From NCBI RefSeq assembly GCF_043950625.1, contig NZ_CP171007.1: DNA of 32,000 nt. One strand, 5' to 3'. A program made the position numbers and the translations under genes. The notes beneath the pieces were generated by a model. That model was not told where the DNA came from. It did not search any database and worked only from the letters and a program-made list of their open reading frames with translations. This DNA is from Alkanindiges sp. WGS2144 (GTDB lineage: Bacteria; Pseudomonadota; Gammaproteobacteria; Pseudomonadales; Moraxellaceae). The number at the start of each line of letters is the position of its first letter. Position 1 is the first letter of the stretch. Shown piece after piece: positions 1-9,909 of the stretch.

Positions 1-177
1 CAGCAGTTCTTTTACCCGTGAGTTGTCTTCAAAACATTTAACAGTGACTACTTCACCACCAAAGGCTTTACGACCGCCAAAGTTTTTAAATGACTTGCCG
101 TCAATGGATGGGCTCATGACTTGGGTTTGTGGATGATCATCCAGTAAATCACAGGTCACAAAAGGTTGGCTGCTCAT
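1..177 (-). CDS. rraA: RraA-family protein (regulator of RNase E activity A), N-terminal part only. The gene continues past the left edge.
   Basis: Absent from the ORF track because it is truncated. My reverse-strand translation from the ATG at 177..175 gives [59 protein letters not shown]. This carries the RraA N-terminal signature (NFGG..FGG...TVKCFEDN). The ATG overlaps the upstream gene's stop (ATGA). Confidence 0.8.
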   Translation of the reverse strand, partial: MSSQPFVTCDLLDDHPQTQVMSPSIDGKSFKNFGGRKAFGGEVVTVKCFEDNSRVKELL

Positions 178-878
178 GTAGGGTTCTCCAGCGTTAAAGT
201 TAAGATATCAGTATTAGAATAGACAATTTTACCCGGTGCAGGTACGTGGGTGGCTAAAACCATCGCTTTTGCTACCCGCCCAGCTTCAACAGGACGATAT
301 TTCCAGGTTGCAGGAAACCAGCTTCTGGTGTAGGCAAAAGCAGCTTGTGCCAGATTTTCCAGCACGCGCTGATCCTGGTGCTGCCCAATCAGCAAAGATG
401 GCTGAAAAATTGACAAGTGTTCAAAACCCAATTGTTCAACCGCACGCTCCAGCTCACCTTTTACCCGGTTATAAAAAATTGGTGAGACCGGGTTGGCACC
501 AGTTGCGCTCAGCAATAAAAAATGCTGCACGCCCAGCTTTTTTACCAGCTGTGCAAAAATCAGGTTGTAATCAAAATCAACCTGCCTAAAAGCCTGCCGG
601 CTGCCCGCCTGCTTGAGGGTAGTACCCAAAGCACTAAACGCATCAGCATGGTTTAAATCCAGTCCAATCAGATACGCGTCAAGCTGGCTAAAATCAGGCA
701 CCACAATTGTTCTGAGTTTACCATTTGATGACTTGCTACCTGCGCGCCTGACGAACTGATAAATAGTATGATAATGACTGGAATTTATCAGCTGGTTAAC
801 CAGTAATGTTCCAACCAGCCCAGTTGCGCCAATGACAACCGCTGCTTTTTGCGGCTGGTAAGCATTTGATCCTGCCAT
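174..878 (-). CDS. NAD(P)H-binding atypical SDR-family oxidoreductase (YraR/HTATIP2-like)
   Basis: 234-aa ORF with an N-terminal Rossmann motif [10 protein letters not shown] and an NAD-dependent epimerase-like body. The stop TGA (176..174) overlaps the rraA start. Confidence 0.75.
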   Translation of the reverse strand: MAGSNAYQPQKAAVVIGATGLVGTLLVNQLINSSHYHTIYQFVRRAGSKSSNGKLRTIVVPDFSQLDAYLIGLDLNHADAFSALGTTLKQAGSRQAFRQVDFDYNLIFAQLVKKLGVQHFLLLSATGANPVSPIFYNRVKGELERAVEQLGFEHLSIFQPSLLIGQHQDQRVLENLAQAAFAYTRSWFPATWKYRPVEAGRVAKAMVLATHVPAPGKIVYSNTDILTLTLENPT

Positions 879-1021
879 AATGAATTAAACCTGCATTCTT
901 GTTTTGTGGCATCATACAAGAGCCCCAAGTCGCTATAAAGCGCTTCTGGTTAATATATGTTGGCCTGAATGATCAACCGTCATAAATAGCCAGTGAATAG
1001 ATAAGGAATCATCGTTTTTGC

Positions 1022-1050
1022 TTGACTTTAGAGCTTCATTTAGGCAAAAT
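1022..1050 (+). promoter_or_regulatory. Candidate sigma70 promoter of rpsT
   Basis: TTGACT (1022-1027), a 17-nt spacer, then CAAAAT (1045-1050), about 95 nt upstream of the rpsT start. Pattern match only. Confidence 0.35.
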
Positions 1051-1143
1051 TCGCCACTTGTTTACGGGCTGGGTTGTTTGCAATCTTGTAAGCACTTGCT
1101 CAAAGCCCGCCCCTAACTAATCCATTTTTCAAGGAGTGCACGA

Positions 1144-1413
1144 GTGGCAAACTCTGCTCAGGCTAGAAAACGCGCCCGCCAAAACGTAAAAGCGCGTCAA
1201 CACAACGCAAGCTTGCGTTCCATGGTTCGTACCTACATCAAAAAAGTTGTTAATGCAATTGCTGCTGGCGAACACGCTGCTGCAAGCGAAGCCTACAAGA
1301 AAGCTGTTCCGGTAATTGACCGTATGGCTGACAAAGGCATTATCCATAAAAACAAGGCTGCTCGTCATAAGAGCCGCCTGAATGCCCATATCAAGGCATT
1401 AGCTGCTCAATAA
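1144..1413 (+). CDS. rpsT: 30S ribosomal protein S20
   Basis: 89 aa, [35 protein letters not shown], typical of S20. GTG start with an AAGGAG Shine-Dalgarno at 1131-1136. Confidence 0.97.
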   Translation: MANSAQARKRARQNVKARQHNASLRSMVRTYIKKVVNAIAAGEHAAASEAYKKAVPVIDRMADKGIIHKNKAARHKSRLNAHIKALAAQ

Positions 1414-1446
1414 TTTTTACTTTGTAGAAATAGAAATTATTGCATC

Positions 1447-1472
1447 AAAAGGCTCACTTCGGTGGGCTTTTT
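1447..1472 (+). terminator. Rho-independent terminator of rpsT
   Basis: Hairpin AAGGCTCAC-TTCG-GTGGGCTTT followed by a T-run (1468-1472). Confidence 0.75.
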
Positions 1473-1632
1473 GCATTTTGGGCATTAATGCTTAAAACGC
1501 GTTTTTTAACTTATTAACAAGCAGCACTAAAAAGCCAGCTAATAGATCAGTTAAGTCTATCATCCTGCTCGCTGGCTTTTGCTTCTATGCTAAGATTTGC
1601 CGCTATTTTCCCCTTCTTTATTGTTTTCTATT

Positions 1633-2775
1633 ATGGCCGAAAATCCGCAGTACCGGTTTTTACGCTATGCGCCGCGCGATGGCAGCAATATGCAAATTGC
1701 CCCAACCCGCTGGGAGCGTATTCATGTTGACCCTTGGCTAACTGGTTTTTTTATCCTGATTGCCAGTCTGGGCCTGGTTGTCCTTTATAGTGCCGCAGCC
1801 CAGGACAGCCATCAGGTTATTCGCCAGATGACCAGCTTCGCTTTGGGCTTTACCATTATGTTTAGCATGGCACAAATACCCCCAAAAATCTATCAGGCCT
1901 TCTCGCCCTGGTTTTATGGTTTTGGCTTGGTGTCCCTGATGATGGTGGTGATTTTTGGTGAAGTGCGCATGGGGGCACAGCGCTGGATCGATATTCCAGG
2001 CTTTGGCAGTGTACAGCCCTCTGAGTTTATGAAGCTGGCCATGCCCATGATGACCGCCTGGTTTTTATCAGCACGACCTTTACCGCCCACTTTTAAAGCG
2101 GTACTGGTCACTCTAGTGCTGATCGGGATGCCTGTTCTGTTAATTGCCGAGCAGCCTGATCTGGGAACGTCCTTGCTCGTCATGATCAGCGGCATGTTTG
2201 TGCTGTTTTTAAGTGGCCTGCGCTGGTGGATGATTGGCTTATGTATAGGCGCAGTTGCTGCCATTGCGCCCATAGCTTGGTTTTTTTTGCTGCATAACTA
2301 TCAAAAACAACGGATTCTTACCTTATTTAACCCGGAAAGCGATGCATTGGGTTCTGGCTGGAACATTATCCAGTCCAAAACTGCCATTGGTTCAGGGGGA
2401 TTATTCGGCAAGGGTTACCTTAATGGCACACAGTCACACCTGCACTTTTTACCTGAAGGTCATACAGATTTTATTATTGCTGCATTCTCGGAAGAATTTG
2501 GCCTCATGGGCGTAATTATCCTGTTTTTTCTATATTGCTGTGTGATTATTCGGGCTTTTCAGATTGCTTCACGTAGCAAACATAACTATGGGCGCTTACT
2601 GGCTGGTGGTATTGGTTTATCCTTTTTTGTATATGTGTTTGTCAATGCAGGGATGGTCAGTGGCATTTTACCGGTAGTTGGCGTACCTTTACCGTTCATG
2701 AGCTATGGTGGTACGGCAATTATTACCTTAATGGCTGGCTTTGGTTTGCTGATGTCCATTCATACCCATCGCTAA
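1633..2775 (+). CDS. rodA: Peptidoglycan glycosyltransferase RodA (SEDS family, rod-shape determining)
   Basis: Matches E. coli RodA motifs along its length (GAQRWI, QPSEFMK, EQPDLGTS, IIQSKTAIGSGG, FLPEGHTDFI, PFMSYGGTA, SIHTHR). The start is ambiguous. The track ORF opens at TTG 1597; I prefer ATG 1633, and ATG 1690 is also possible. Confidence 0.9.
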   Translation: MAENPQYRFLRYAPRDGSNMQIAPTRWERIHVDPWLTGFFILIASLGLVVLYSAAAQDSHQVIRQMTSFALGFTIMFSMAQIPPKIYQAFSPWFYGFGLVSLMMVVIFGEVRMGAQRWIDIPGFGSVQPSEFMKLAMPMMTAWFLSARPLPPTFKAVLVTLVLIGMPVLLIAEQPDLGTSLLVMISGMFVLFLSGLRWWMIGLCIGAVAAIAPIAWFFLLHNYQKQRILTLFNPESDALGSGWNIIQSKTAIGSGGLFGKGYLNGTQSHLHFLPEGHTDFIIAAFSEEFGLMGVIILFFLYCCVIIRAFQIASRSKHNYGRLLAGGIGLSFFVYVFVNAGMVSGILPVVGVPLPFMSYGGTAIITLMAGFGLLMSIHTHR

Positions 2776-2831
2776 AACCGAATGAGACCAAACCACAAGA
2801 CGCTCTTATTTTTATTGTTTTGGAAATAAAT

Positions 2832-3854
2832 ATGTTGCTTAAAAAACTACGCCATACTGTCCCGTTGAAGGATTGTACAAAACTAATAACCGGGTTAACC
2901 CTAATGGTTAGCAGTGGGATTTGTAGTGCTAATGATTTTTTGTTTGACCCTGGCTATCCGGCCTTTCAGCAAAAAATGATGAGCCAGTACCAATTTAGTG
3001 CAGCACAGGTCGATGAAGCCATGAGTGCAGCAAAGCGTATTGATCGTATTTTAACCATTATGACCAAGCCTGCAGAAAGTAAGCAATGGTACGAATACCG
3101 GCCACAGTTTATTGTTGACTCAACCATTAACCGTGGTGTCCGCTTTAAACAACAGTATGCAAGCGCTCTCTGGCGTGCTGAACAGCAGTATGGCGTTCCC
3201 CAGTCAATCATTCTGGGTATTCTGGGTGTAGAAACTAGCTTTGGGCAGAACAAGGGCAGCTTTACTACACTGGATGCATTGGCGACCCTGGCCTTTGGCT
3301 ACCCACGTCGGTCAGAATATTTTATGGATGAACTCGCCAGCTTACTCATGCTGGCGCGTGAACAAGGCCTGCCTGCAAATAGCTACAAAGGCTCGTATGC
3401 AGGTGCCTTAGGTTATCCCCAGTTTATGCCAAGCAATATCCGCAAACTGGCCATCGATTTTAACCAGGATGGCAAGACCGATATTATTAATGATCCAGTA
3501 GATGCGATTGGTTCTATTGCCCATTATCTGGCAGTGAATGGCTGGCAGCGTGATCAGCCCATCGGCTTTCGCGCCAACTATACGGGTAATGATGATACGC
3601 AAATTGTTGCACCTGACGGACAACTGGACAAAATGCGTCCTGCCGGTGAATTTGCCAGCCTGGGACTCAAACCTCTTAACCCCCTTACCCGAATTGATCC
3701 ACTTGATATGGTAAACGGCATCCGGCTTATGGAAGAGTATGGCCCGACCTATTGGATCGTTTATCCTAATTATGTAACGATCACCTCGTACAATTACAGT
3801 CGTAACTATGCAACCGCTGTTTGGCAGTTGGGCGAAGCTATTGTTAACCGCTAA
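2832..3854 (+). CDS. mltB: Lytic murein transglycosylase B
   Basis: MltB-family motifs (ILGILGVETSFGQNKG, AGALGYPQFMPSN) and an N-terminal signal peptide. ATG 2832 is preferred over the track's TTG 2820. Confidence 0.88.
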   Translation: MLLKKLRHTVPLKDCTKLITGLTLMVSSGICSANDFLFDPGYPAFQQKMMSQYQFSAAQVDEAMSAAKRIDRILTIMTKPAESKQWYEYRPQFIVDSTINRGVRFKQQYASALWRAEQQYGVPQSIILGILGVETSFGQNKGSFTTLDALATLAFGYPRRSEYFMDELASLLMLAREQGLPANSYKGSYAGALGYPQFMPSNIRKLAIDFNQDGKTDIINDPVDAIGSIAHYLAVNGWQRDQPIGFRANYTGNDDTQIVAPDGQLDKMRPAGEFASLGLKPLNPLTRIDPLDMVNGIRLMEEYGPTYWIVYPNYVTITSYNYSRNYATAVWQLGEAIVNR

Positions 3855-4157
3855 ACGATATTGTAGTTTTCAGGTTACGTTCACCCTTAGGAGAGCCTGA
3901 GTAGAGAAAAACAAAACTTTTACTTAGCTCAGGCCATTTTGAAATAATTCCTTACATTGTTGTATGTTTTTTAATCAAAATAGCAGTAAAAAGCATTGTT
4001 TTTGTAACCAAGAGCTATTTTTTATTGGACAAGTATTTAATTTAGTCACTATGATCGCCATCCAAGACACTTACTAACGATTAAACGTGGCAAAGAAACC
4101 TTACAAAGCGGATTAATAAATTGCCCTTATTAAGGTTCCCACCGGAGCATTGGATCT

Positions 4158-4823
4158 ATGCAAAAATCAGTATTTTCGGTACTGACCTTGTCAATTGGCT
4201 TGGCTTTTACCACTGCAACACATGCAGAACTTGTACAAGCTCAGCCATTAAGCAATAGCGTTGAGACTGCAAACCTAGCCAATCGTGTGCTGGATCAGGG
4301 CGGTAACATCAGCTCTGCCCTGTTCAAGGCCAATTCCCCTGTCAATAGCGCCAGCAACATCCCCATTGCCAATAAGCCTGCGGCGATTACTGCGCTAAGT
4401 ATTACTGAGGTTTCTGGCAATCGTATCAAGACAGAAAGTGTTCCAGCCCGTATCGAGGTCAGCAGCAAGGAAGAGCCTGGCATTATTGATCGCTTGAGTG
4501 CTGTAGCTTCTGAAGCAGTGCGTAAATTCACCCAGTCTGGTATGGCTTCCTGGTATGGTCGCCAGTTCCATGGCCGCAAAACTGCCAGCGGCGAAACTTT
4601 TGATATGTATGCCATGACCGCTGCTCATCGTAGCCTGCCGCTCAACTGCTACATCCGCGTGACCAACAAGGACAACGGAAAAAGCGTGATTGTCAAAGTA
4701 AATGACCGTGGCCCCTTTCATGGTAACCGTGTACTTGACCTGTCTTATGCAGCAGCCAACAAGCTGGGTATTGCTAACCGTGGTATAGGTAATGTCACTA
4801 TTGAACGCGTAGATGGCCCATAA
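4158..4823 (+). CDS. rlpA: Septal ring lytic transglycosylase RlpA-family protein (DPBB domain)
   Basis: DPBB core ASWYGRQFHGRKTASGETFDMYAMTAAHRSLPLNCYIRVTN...VKVNDRGPF. Sec signal peptide ending THA-E. No lipobox cysteine and no C-terminal SPOR domain. Confidence 0.88.
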   Translation: MQKSVFSVLTLSIGLAFTTATHAELVQAQPLSNSVETANLANRVLDQGGNISSALFKANSPVNSASNIPIANKPAAITALSITEVSGNRIKTESVPARIEVSSKEEPGIIDRLSAVASEAVRKFTQSGMASWYGRQFHGRKTASGETFDMYAMTAAHRSLPLNCYIRVTNKDNGKSVIVKVNDRGPFHGNRVLDLSYAAANKLGIANRGIGNVTIERVDGP

Positions 4824-4850
4824 TAAAGCGCTGATACATGCCTAACTGTT

Positions 4851-4881
4851 AGAGCCGCCTTTGGGTGGCTCTAGTATTTTT
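4851..4881 (+). terminator. Rho-independent terminator after rlpA
   Basis: AGAGCCGCC-TTTG-GGTGGCTCT hairpin (one G-T pair) followed by AGTATTTTT. Confidence 0.75.
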
Positions 4882-5068
4882 AGGGATTTATATTTTTAGC
4901 TTAACGTGTTTAAACTAGCAGACTTTTGTTTTGTATTTGACCACTCAGGTGTACTGGTGCAGTGTTTTCTTAAGGCTCTTAAACTGTCCTTTCCCCATAT
5001 CAGGCTTGCGCTGCAAACCAACTTATGGCATTGTCAGAATTATCAAAAAGATTTCAGAGAACAAGTCA

Positions 5069-5518
5069 ATGCGTAACCTTCAGCAATGGCTGGATGAATA
5101 TAGCGAAAGCCATCGTAACTTAACCAATAAGCGTATTCACTGGCTCTGTGTGCCGGCTATCCTGTTTTCCATTATTGGATTCAGCTGGCACCTAAGTACA
5201 GTCATGACTATTGTACTAATCGCTTTAACCTTGCTATTTTACGCACGCCTTTCGATTCCCTTACTAATGGCCATGAGCGTACTCATGCTGCTCATGGTAT
5301 TACTCATCAATTGGCTACCTGTCGGCGCAAGCTTCTTTGTAGGGTTGTTTGTCGTGGCCTGGATTGGTCAATTCTATGGACACAAAGTAGAAGGCAAAAA
5401 ACCATCTTTCTTTAAAGACCTACAATTCCTGCTGATTGGCCCAGCCTGGTGCATGGACGCTGCAATTAGCCGCTTCTTTCCAAGCTGGCGCAAGCGTCTG
5501 GTTGAACAGCAAGCCTAA
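5069..5518 (+). CDS. DUF962 / Mpo1-like membrane protein
   Basis: MRNLQQWLDEYSESHRNLTNKRIHWLCVP..., then GHKVEGKKPSFFKDLQFLLIGP, which is the DUF962 pattern, plus 3-4 TM helices. The track ORF start at 4931 is an unlikely non-homologous extension. Confidence 0.75.
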   Translation: MRNLQQWLDEYSESHRNLTNKRIHWLCVPAILFSIIGFSWHLSTVMTIVLIALTLLFYARLSIPLLMAMSVLMLLMVLLINWLPVGASFFVGLFVVAWIGQFYGHKVEGKKPSFFKDLQFLLIGPAWCMDAAISRFFPSWRKRLVEQQA

Positions 5519-5532
5519 GCTACTTCTTTAAT

Positions 5533-5560
5533 AAAAAACCCGGCCTAAGCCGGGTTTTTT
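5533..5560. terminator. Bidirectional rho-independent terminator (DUF962 gene / tsf)
   Basis: AAAAAACCCGGC-CTAA-GCCGGGTTTTTT, a GC stem flanked by an A-run and a T-run, between convergent genes. Confidence 0.85.
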
Positions 5561-5573
5561 ATTGCAGTATCAC

Positions 5574-6452
5574 TTACTGAGCTGCGCTTGCCTGGGCAGC
5601 AGCCACTTCATCAGCAAAGCTGACTTCTTTTTTCTCAATGCCTTCACCAACTTCAAAGCGCTTAAACTCTTTGACTGTTAGGCCAGCAGCTTTTAGTACA
5701 TCGCCTACTTTTTTCTCGTTGTCCATAACATACGCCTGACGCAGTAAGGTCACTTCGTTTAAGTACTTTTCTACTGCACCAGTTACCATTTTTTCAACGA
5801 TATTGGCAGGCTTACCAGATTCAACTGCTTTGGCTTCAGCAATTTCTTTTTCCTTAGCCAGAACCTCGGCAGGAACGTCTTCTGCGCTTACAGCAACCGG
5901 ATTGAATGCAGCAACGTGCATGGCAACAGCTTTACCAGTTTCTTCATCACCGCCAGTGTAAGATACCACTACACCGATTTTCAGGCCATGACGGTAAGTG
6001 GCTAGCTTCTCACCTTCAACAATGTAACCGCGACGAATTTGAATGTTTTCACCGATTTTTTGTACCAGTGCAACACGCGCTTCTTCTACAGTCTGGCTGT
6101 CGTCGTATTTCAGGTTTGAAATTTCAGCAGCATCGGTTGCGTTGTTAGCCAGTGCAACTTCAGCAGCACGATTGGCAAACGCTGTAAAGCTTTCATCTTT
6201 AGCCACAAAGTCAGTCTGACTGTTGACTTCCAGCAATAAGGCGCGGTTGCCTTCCTGAGCAATAATAATTGCGCCATCAGCAGCAATATTGCCCGCTTTT
6301 TTAGCAGCTTTGGCCTGACCAGATTTGCGGAGGTTGTCAATTGCTACTTCAATGTCACCACCAGCTTCTGTTAATGCTTTTTTGCACTCCATCATGCCAA
6401 GGCCGGTACGGTCACGTAGCTCTTTTACCATGCTTGCGCTAATTGCGGTCAT
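5574..6452 (-). CDS. tsf: Translation elongation factor Ts
   Basis: 292 aa. [45 protein letters not shown] is the canonical EF-Ts UBA-like N-terminus. Lies downstream of rpsB. Confidence 0.97.
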   Translation of the reverse strand: MTAISASMVKELRDRTGLGMMECKKALTEAGGDIEVAIDNLRKSGQAKAAKKAGNIAADGAIIIAQEGNRALLLEVNSQTDFVAKDESFTAFANRAAEVALANNATDAAEISNLKYDDSQTVEEARVALVQKIGENIQIRRGYIVEGEKLATYRHGLKIGVVVSYTGGDEETGKAVAMHVAAFNPVAVSAEDVPAEVLAKEKEIAEAKAVESGKPANIVEKMVTGAVEKYLNEVTLLRQAYVMDNEKKVGDVLKAAGLTVKEFKRFEVGEGIEKKEVSFADEVAAAQASAAQ

Positions 6453-6492
6453 GCTTATCTCCTAAACGGTATTAAAGAAATTCAAGAATCTA

Positions 6493-6535
6493 ATTGCAAA
6501 CAAAAACGGCCCTTTGGCTAAATTGCCTGGGCCGT
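6493..6535 (-). terminator. Intra-operon hairpin/attenuator between rpsB and tsf
   Basis: On the minus strand, ACGGCCC-(16 nt)-GGGCCGT is followed by TTTTTGTTTG. An rpsB-tsf internal attenuator is known in E. coli. Confidence 0.5.
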
Positions 6536-6638
6536 CACACCGGTTTACTGAGGTACCTGTCTGGTATTTTAAATCTGGCTCAGTTCACACCAGACCATTT
6601 GCATACAGGCATATCAGTAAAACTCGATGTGCTTAGCA

Positions 6639-7403
6639 TTAAGCGTCTGTAGAAGCTGCTGCTTCAACAGGTTCAGCTTCAACAGCTTTAGCCTGGGCGC
6701 CGCCCTGGTTTTGTGCGTATTCCTTACCAGCAATAATTGCATCAGCCATGGCAGTAGCATACAGGGTTACAGCACGGATCGCGTCATCATTGCCAGGAAT
6801 CACATAGTCCACACCATCTGGATTAGAGTTGGTATCAACAATACCAATCACTGGAATACCCAGGTTTTTGGCTTCTTTGATCGCAATGGCTTCGTGGTCA
6901 ACGTCAATGATGAACAAGGCATCTGGCAGACCACCCATGTTCTTTACACCGCCCAGTGAGCGCTCGAGTTTTTCCATTTCACGGGTACGCTCTAAGGCTT
7001 CACGCTTGGTCAACTTGGCAAAAGTACCGTCCTGAGACTGAACTTCAAGCTCTTTTAAACGGTTAATTGACTGACGCAGGGTTTTCCAGTTGGTCAGCAT
7101 GCCACCTAACCAGCGGTGATCAACATAAGGCTGGCCAGCACGCTGAGCCTGTTCGCGAATAATATTGCTCGCCGCACGCTTGGTACCAACAAACAGTACT
7201 TTATTCTTTTTGCTTGCCAGATTGTTGGCAAAATTTAGGGCATCATTTAACGCAGGCACAGTGTGCTCAAGGTTAATAATGTGAATCTTGTTGCGGGCAC
7301 CAAAAATATACTGACCCATTTTTGGGTTCCAGAAACGGGTTTGGTGACCAAAGTGTGCGCCAGCCTGTAACAGGTCACGCATACCGACATTGTAACTTGC
7401 CAT
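6639..7403 (-). CDS. rpsB: 30S ribosomal protein S2
   Basis: 254 aa. [22 protein letters not shown] is the canonical S2 sequence. Confidence 0.97.
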   Translation of the reverse strand: MASYNVGMRDLLQAGAHFGHQTRFWNPKMGQYIFGARNKIHIINLEHTVPALNDALNFANNLASKKNKVLFVGTKRAASNIIREQAQRAGQPYVDHRWLGGMLTNWKTLRQSINRLKELEVQSQDGTFAKLTKREALERTREMEKLERSLGGVKNMGGLPDALFIIDVDHEAIAIKEAKNLGIPVIGIVDTNSNPDGVDYVIPGNDDAIRAVTLYATAMADAIIAGKEYAQNQGGAQAKAVEAEPVEAAASTDA

Positions 7404-7429
7404 GATATATACCTTTTATATGGGTTAAG

Positions 7430-7504
7430 CCTCCATACGTCCGCATTGTCCACTTTTGTTTTAAAAACAAAAGCACCCAGATCAATGTGTCGACGTATGT
7501 GTGG
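7430..7504 (-). promoter_or_regulatory. Structured rpsB 5' leader (candidate S2 autoregulatory element)
   Basis: On the minus strand, CATACGTC pairs with GACGTATG. This encloses a perfect 21-bp palindrome (7453-7473, CTTTTGTTTT-A-AAAACAAAAG) and lies 27-100 nt upstream of the rpsB ATG. The function is inferred from the known S2 leader regulation in gammaproteobacteria. Confidence 0.4.
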
Positions 7505-7630
7505 AATAGTCGCTTAAACAAACCAGTGAGCATAATTATTTAGCTATAAATTATTACCCAAAAGCATTTGCTAAAACGGGGCGCTATTTATACCATAGGT
7601 GCATCCCTTTTGCCAAAAAAAATTAAGCGC

Positions 7631-8455
7631 ATGAATAGTTTTAGTTCTCCCAACCGCCATTTAATCAAGACTCCTGAAGCCATTGAGAAAATGCGGGTGG
7701 CCGGGCGTTTGGCAGCTGAAGTTTTAATGATGATCAAGCCGCATGTAAAAGCCGGTGTGAGCACGCTTGAGCTGGATAAAATCTGCCACGACTATATCGT
7801 CGATGTACAAAATGCCATTCCTGCCTGCCTGGGTTATGGTGGCGGGCATGGCCGTAAACCATTTCCCGCGGTGATTTGCACCTCGGTCAACCATGTGGTG
7901 TGTCATGGTATTCCTTCTGAAAGTAAAGTCTTAAAAAACGGTGATATTTTGAATATTGATGTGACCGTAATTAAGGATGGCTACCATGGTGATACCAATA
8001 TGATGTTTAAAATTGGTGAAACCTCTATTCTGGCCAACCGGTTGTGTGATGTGGCTCAGGAAGCCATGTATAAGGGCATGGAAACTGTACGTGCAGGTTC
8101 TTATGTAGGCGATATTGGCGCTGCCATTCAAAAATATGTAGAAAGCGAGCGATTTAGTGTGGTGCGTGAATATTGCGGTCATGGAATTGGAACGGTATTT
8201 CATGATGATCCACAAATTCTGCATTATGGCAAGGTAGGCACGGGAATGCGCCTTGAAGCTGGCATGACCTTTACCATTGAACCTATGGTCAACGCTGGTG
8301 TATGGCAAACCCGTCTGCTAGGCGATAACTGGACAGTCGTCACCAAAGATCACAAATTATCTGCCCAGTATGAGCATACTATTTTGGTCACCGAAACGGG
8401 TATTGAGGTGCTTACTGCCCGTCCCGACGAAGATTTATCCCGCTTTAATCAATAA
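7631..8455 (+). CDS. map: Type I methionine aminopeptidase
   Basis: MAP1 motifs (KTPEAIEKMRVAG, CHGIP, DVTVIKDGYHGD, YCGHGIG, FTIEP, QYEHT). ATG 7631 is preferred over the track's upstream TTG 7568. Confidence 0.95.
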   Translation: MNSFSSPNRHLIKTPEAIEKMRVAGRLAAEVLMMIKPHVKAGVSTLELDKICHDYIVDVQNAIPACLGYGGGHGRKPFPAVICTSVNHVVCHGIPSESKVLKNGDILNIDVTVIKDGYHGDTNMMFKIGETSILANRLCDVAQEAMYKGMETVRAGSYVGDIGAAIQKYVESERFSVVREYCGHGIGTVFHDDPQILHYGKVGTGMRLEAGMTFTIEPMVNAGVWQTRLLGDNWTVVTKDHKLSAQYEHTILVTETGIEVLTARPDEDLSRFNQ

Positions 8456-8480
8456 GCCTGCTTTCCTCATAAAGTATTAA

Positions 8481-8512
8481 AAAAACCGCTTCCAAAATGG
8501 GAGCGGTTTTTT
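8481..8512. terminator. Rho-independent terminator after map (A-run/T-run flanked)
   Basis: AAAAA-CCGCTTCC-AAAAT-GGGAGCGG-TTTTTT, an 8-bp stem with one G-T pair. Confidence 0.8.
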
Positions 8513-8565
8513 GTTGTCTGCTGTTATAAACAATCATTTTGCAGAAAAGGCCGAGGCTATTCAGC

Positions 8566-9738
8566 TTACTCTATCCAGCCCGGTAACTCCATGATGGGTG
8601 TACTTTTCTGGTTAGGGCGCTCTGCAATAGTGATGGCTAAATTCAGATTTTCATTACCACGCTTGACCAGCATATTAACCTGCGTGTCAGGTTTTTGCTG
8701 CGCTACCCATTTAATCAGCTGTGTGGCGCTTAGCATTTGCTGCCCGTCAATTGCCACAATGATGTCACCCTTTTTAAGGCCACCCTGTGCTGCTGGGCCA
8801 TTAGCAAGCACCCCCATCACCTGCACGCCATTATCTGGTGCAGTAGCTGCCGGAAACTCTGTAGGATCAATACCTTTTACTTCTATACCCAGCCAGCCGC
8901 GGGTTACCTTGCCATCCTGTAAAATAGATTGCCATACCTGCTGAGCCAGCTTGGCAGGGATCGCAAAACCAATGCCCAGTGAACCGCCTGTGCGCGAAAA
9001 AATCGCTGTATTGATACCAACCAGATTACCAGACACATCAATCAGCGCACCGCCCGAGTTGCCCGGGTTAATGGCGGCATCAGTTTGAATAAAGTCTTCG
9101 TAGGTATTAATGCCAAGTCCTGAACGACCTGTTGCTGAAATAATACCCTGAGTGACTGTTTGCCCTACCCCAAACGGGTTACCAATTGCCAACACCACAT
9201 CTCCCACCTCACTGGGTGAATTTTTAAATGGCAATACAGTCAAATTATCCAGTTCAATCTTGATCACGGCCAGGTCAGTATCCGGGTCGGTGCCTATCAG
9301 CTTGGCAGTTGCCCGGCGTCCATCCTGCAAAGCCACCACAATCTGGTCAGCCTGCGCCACCACGTGATTGTTGGTCAGGATAAAGCCATTTTTACTGACC
9401 ACTACGCCAGAGCCAAGACTGGTCTCATTATCCTTGCTTTCCTGGGGAAATTGCCGCTCGAAAAACTTGCGTAGAACAGGATCTTCAATTTGTGGATGGA
9501 CAATGACTTTTTGCGTAGTAAAAATATTGACTACCGCTGGAGCGGCTACTCGTACGGCCTGATTATAAGACACTACCCCACCCTGTGGCGCTGTGGACAG
9601 CAGGGGCTTTTGTTTTTCTACCGCCAGATGATCAGAAACTGGCTTAGGTGCCGGCTGAGTACTTTTTTGCCAGATAAAAAATCCAGTTACGACAATAATT
9701 AGCAATATCCAAGGTAACCAGGTCATGGCACGGCGCAC
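8566..9738 (-). CDS. S1C-family periplasmic serine endoprotease, AlgW/DegS-like (one PDZ domain)
   Basis: 390 aa with an N-terminal TM anchor. Catalytic triad contexts TNNHVV / DLAVIK / GNSGGAL, plus a C-terminal PDZ (GVLANGPAAQGGLKKGDIIVAIDG). GTG start with an AAGGGG Shine-Dalgarno 7 nt upstream. Confidence 0.88.
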   Translation of the reverse strand: MRRAMTWLPWILLIIVVTGFFIWQKSTQPAPKPVSDHLAVEKQKPLLSTAPQGGVVSYNQAVRVAAPAVVNIFTTQKVIVHPQIEDPVLRKFFERQFPQESKDNETSLGSGVVVSKNGFILTNNHVVAQADQIVVALQDGRRATAKLIGTDPDTDLAVIKIELDNLTVLPFKNSPSEVGDVVLAIGNPFGVGQTVTQGIISATGRSGLGINTYEDFIQTDAAINPGNSGGALIDVSGNLVGINTAIFSRTGGSLGIGFAIPAKLAQQVWQSILQDGKVTRGWLGIEVKGIDPTEFPAATAPDNGVQVMGVLANGPAAQGGLKKGDIIVAIDGQQMLSATQLIKWVAQQKPDTQVNMLVKRGNENLNLAITIAERPNQKSTPIMELPGWIE

Positions 9739-9909
9739 GTATATACCCCTTTTTTGTTAGTCAGTTATTAGTTGAAAATTGCCCAGAACGGCAAATTATC
9801 CCTCCAACAGCAATTCCTACCAGATAAAATGTTAAAACTGCCATCGGCACAGGCATTTATTGTAAAGTGTTTAATGTAAAAAAAACTGGTTGAACAGGGT
9901 AATGTTGTT

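Noticed and set aside
3895-3934. GCCTGAG...CTCAGGC hairpin after mltB, as a possible terminator
   Set aside because: It has only a 7-bp stem, a 26-nt loop and a weak T-run (CATTTTG). The evidence is insufficient to call it.
4931-5068. N-terminal extensions suggested by the ORF track (4931 for DUF962, 7568 for map, 21353 for etfB, 26931 for lptM, 28803 for the MBL gene, 2820 for mltB, 23177 for the CAP gene)
   Set aside because: The extensions begin at non-ATG or poorly placed codons and add non-homologous residues. Internal ATGs have good Shine-Dalgarno spacing and match the canonical N-termini.
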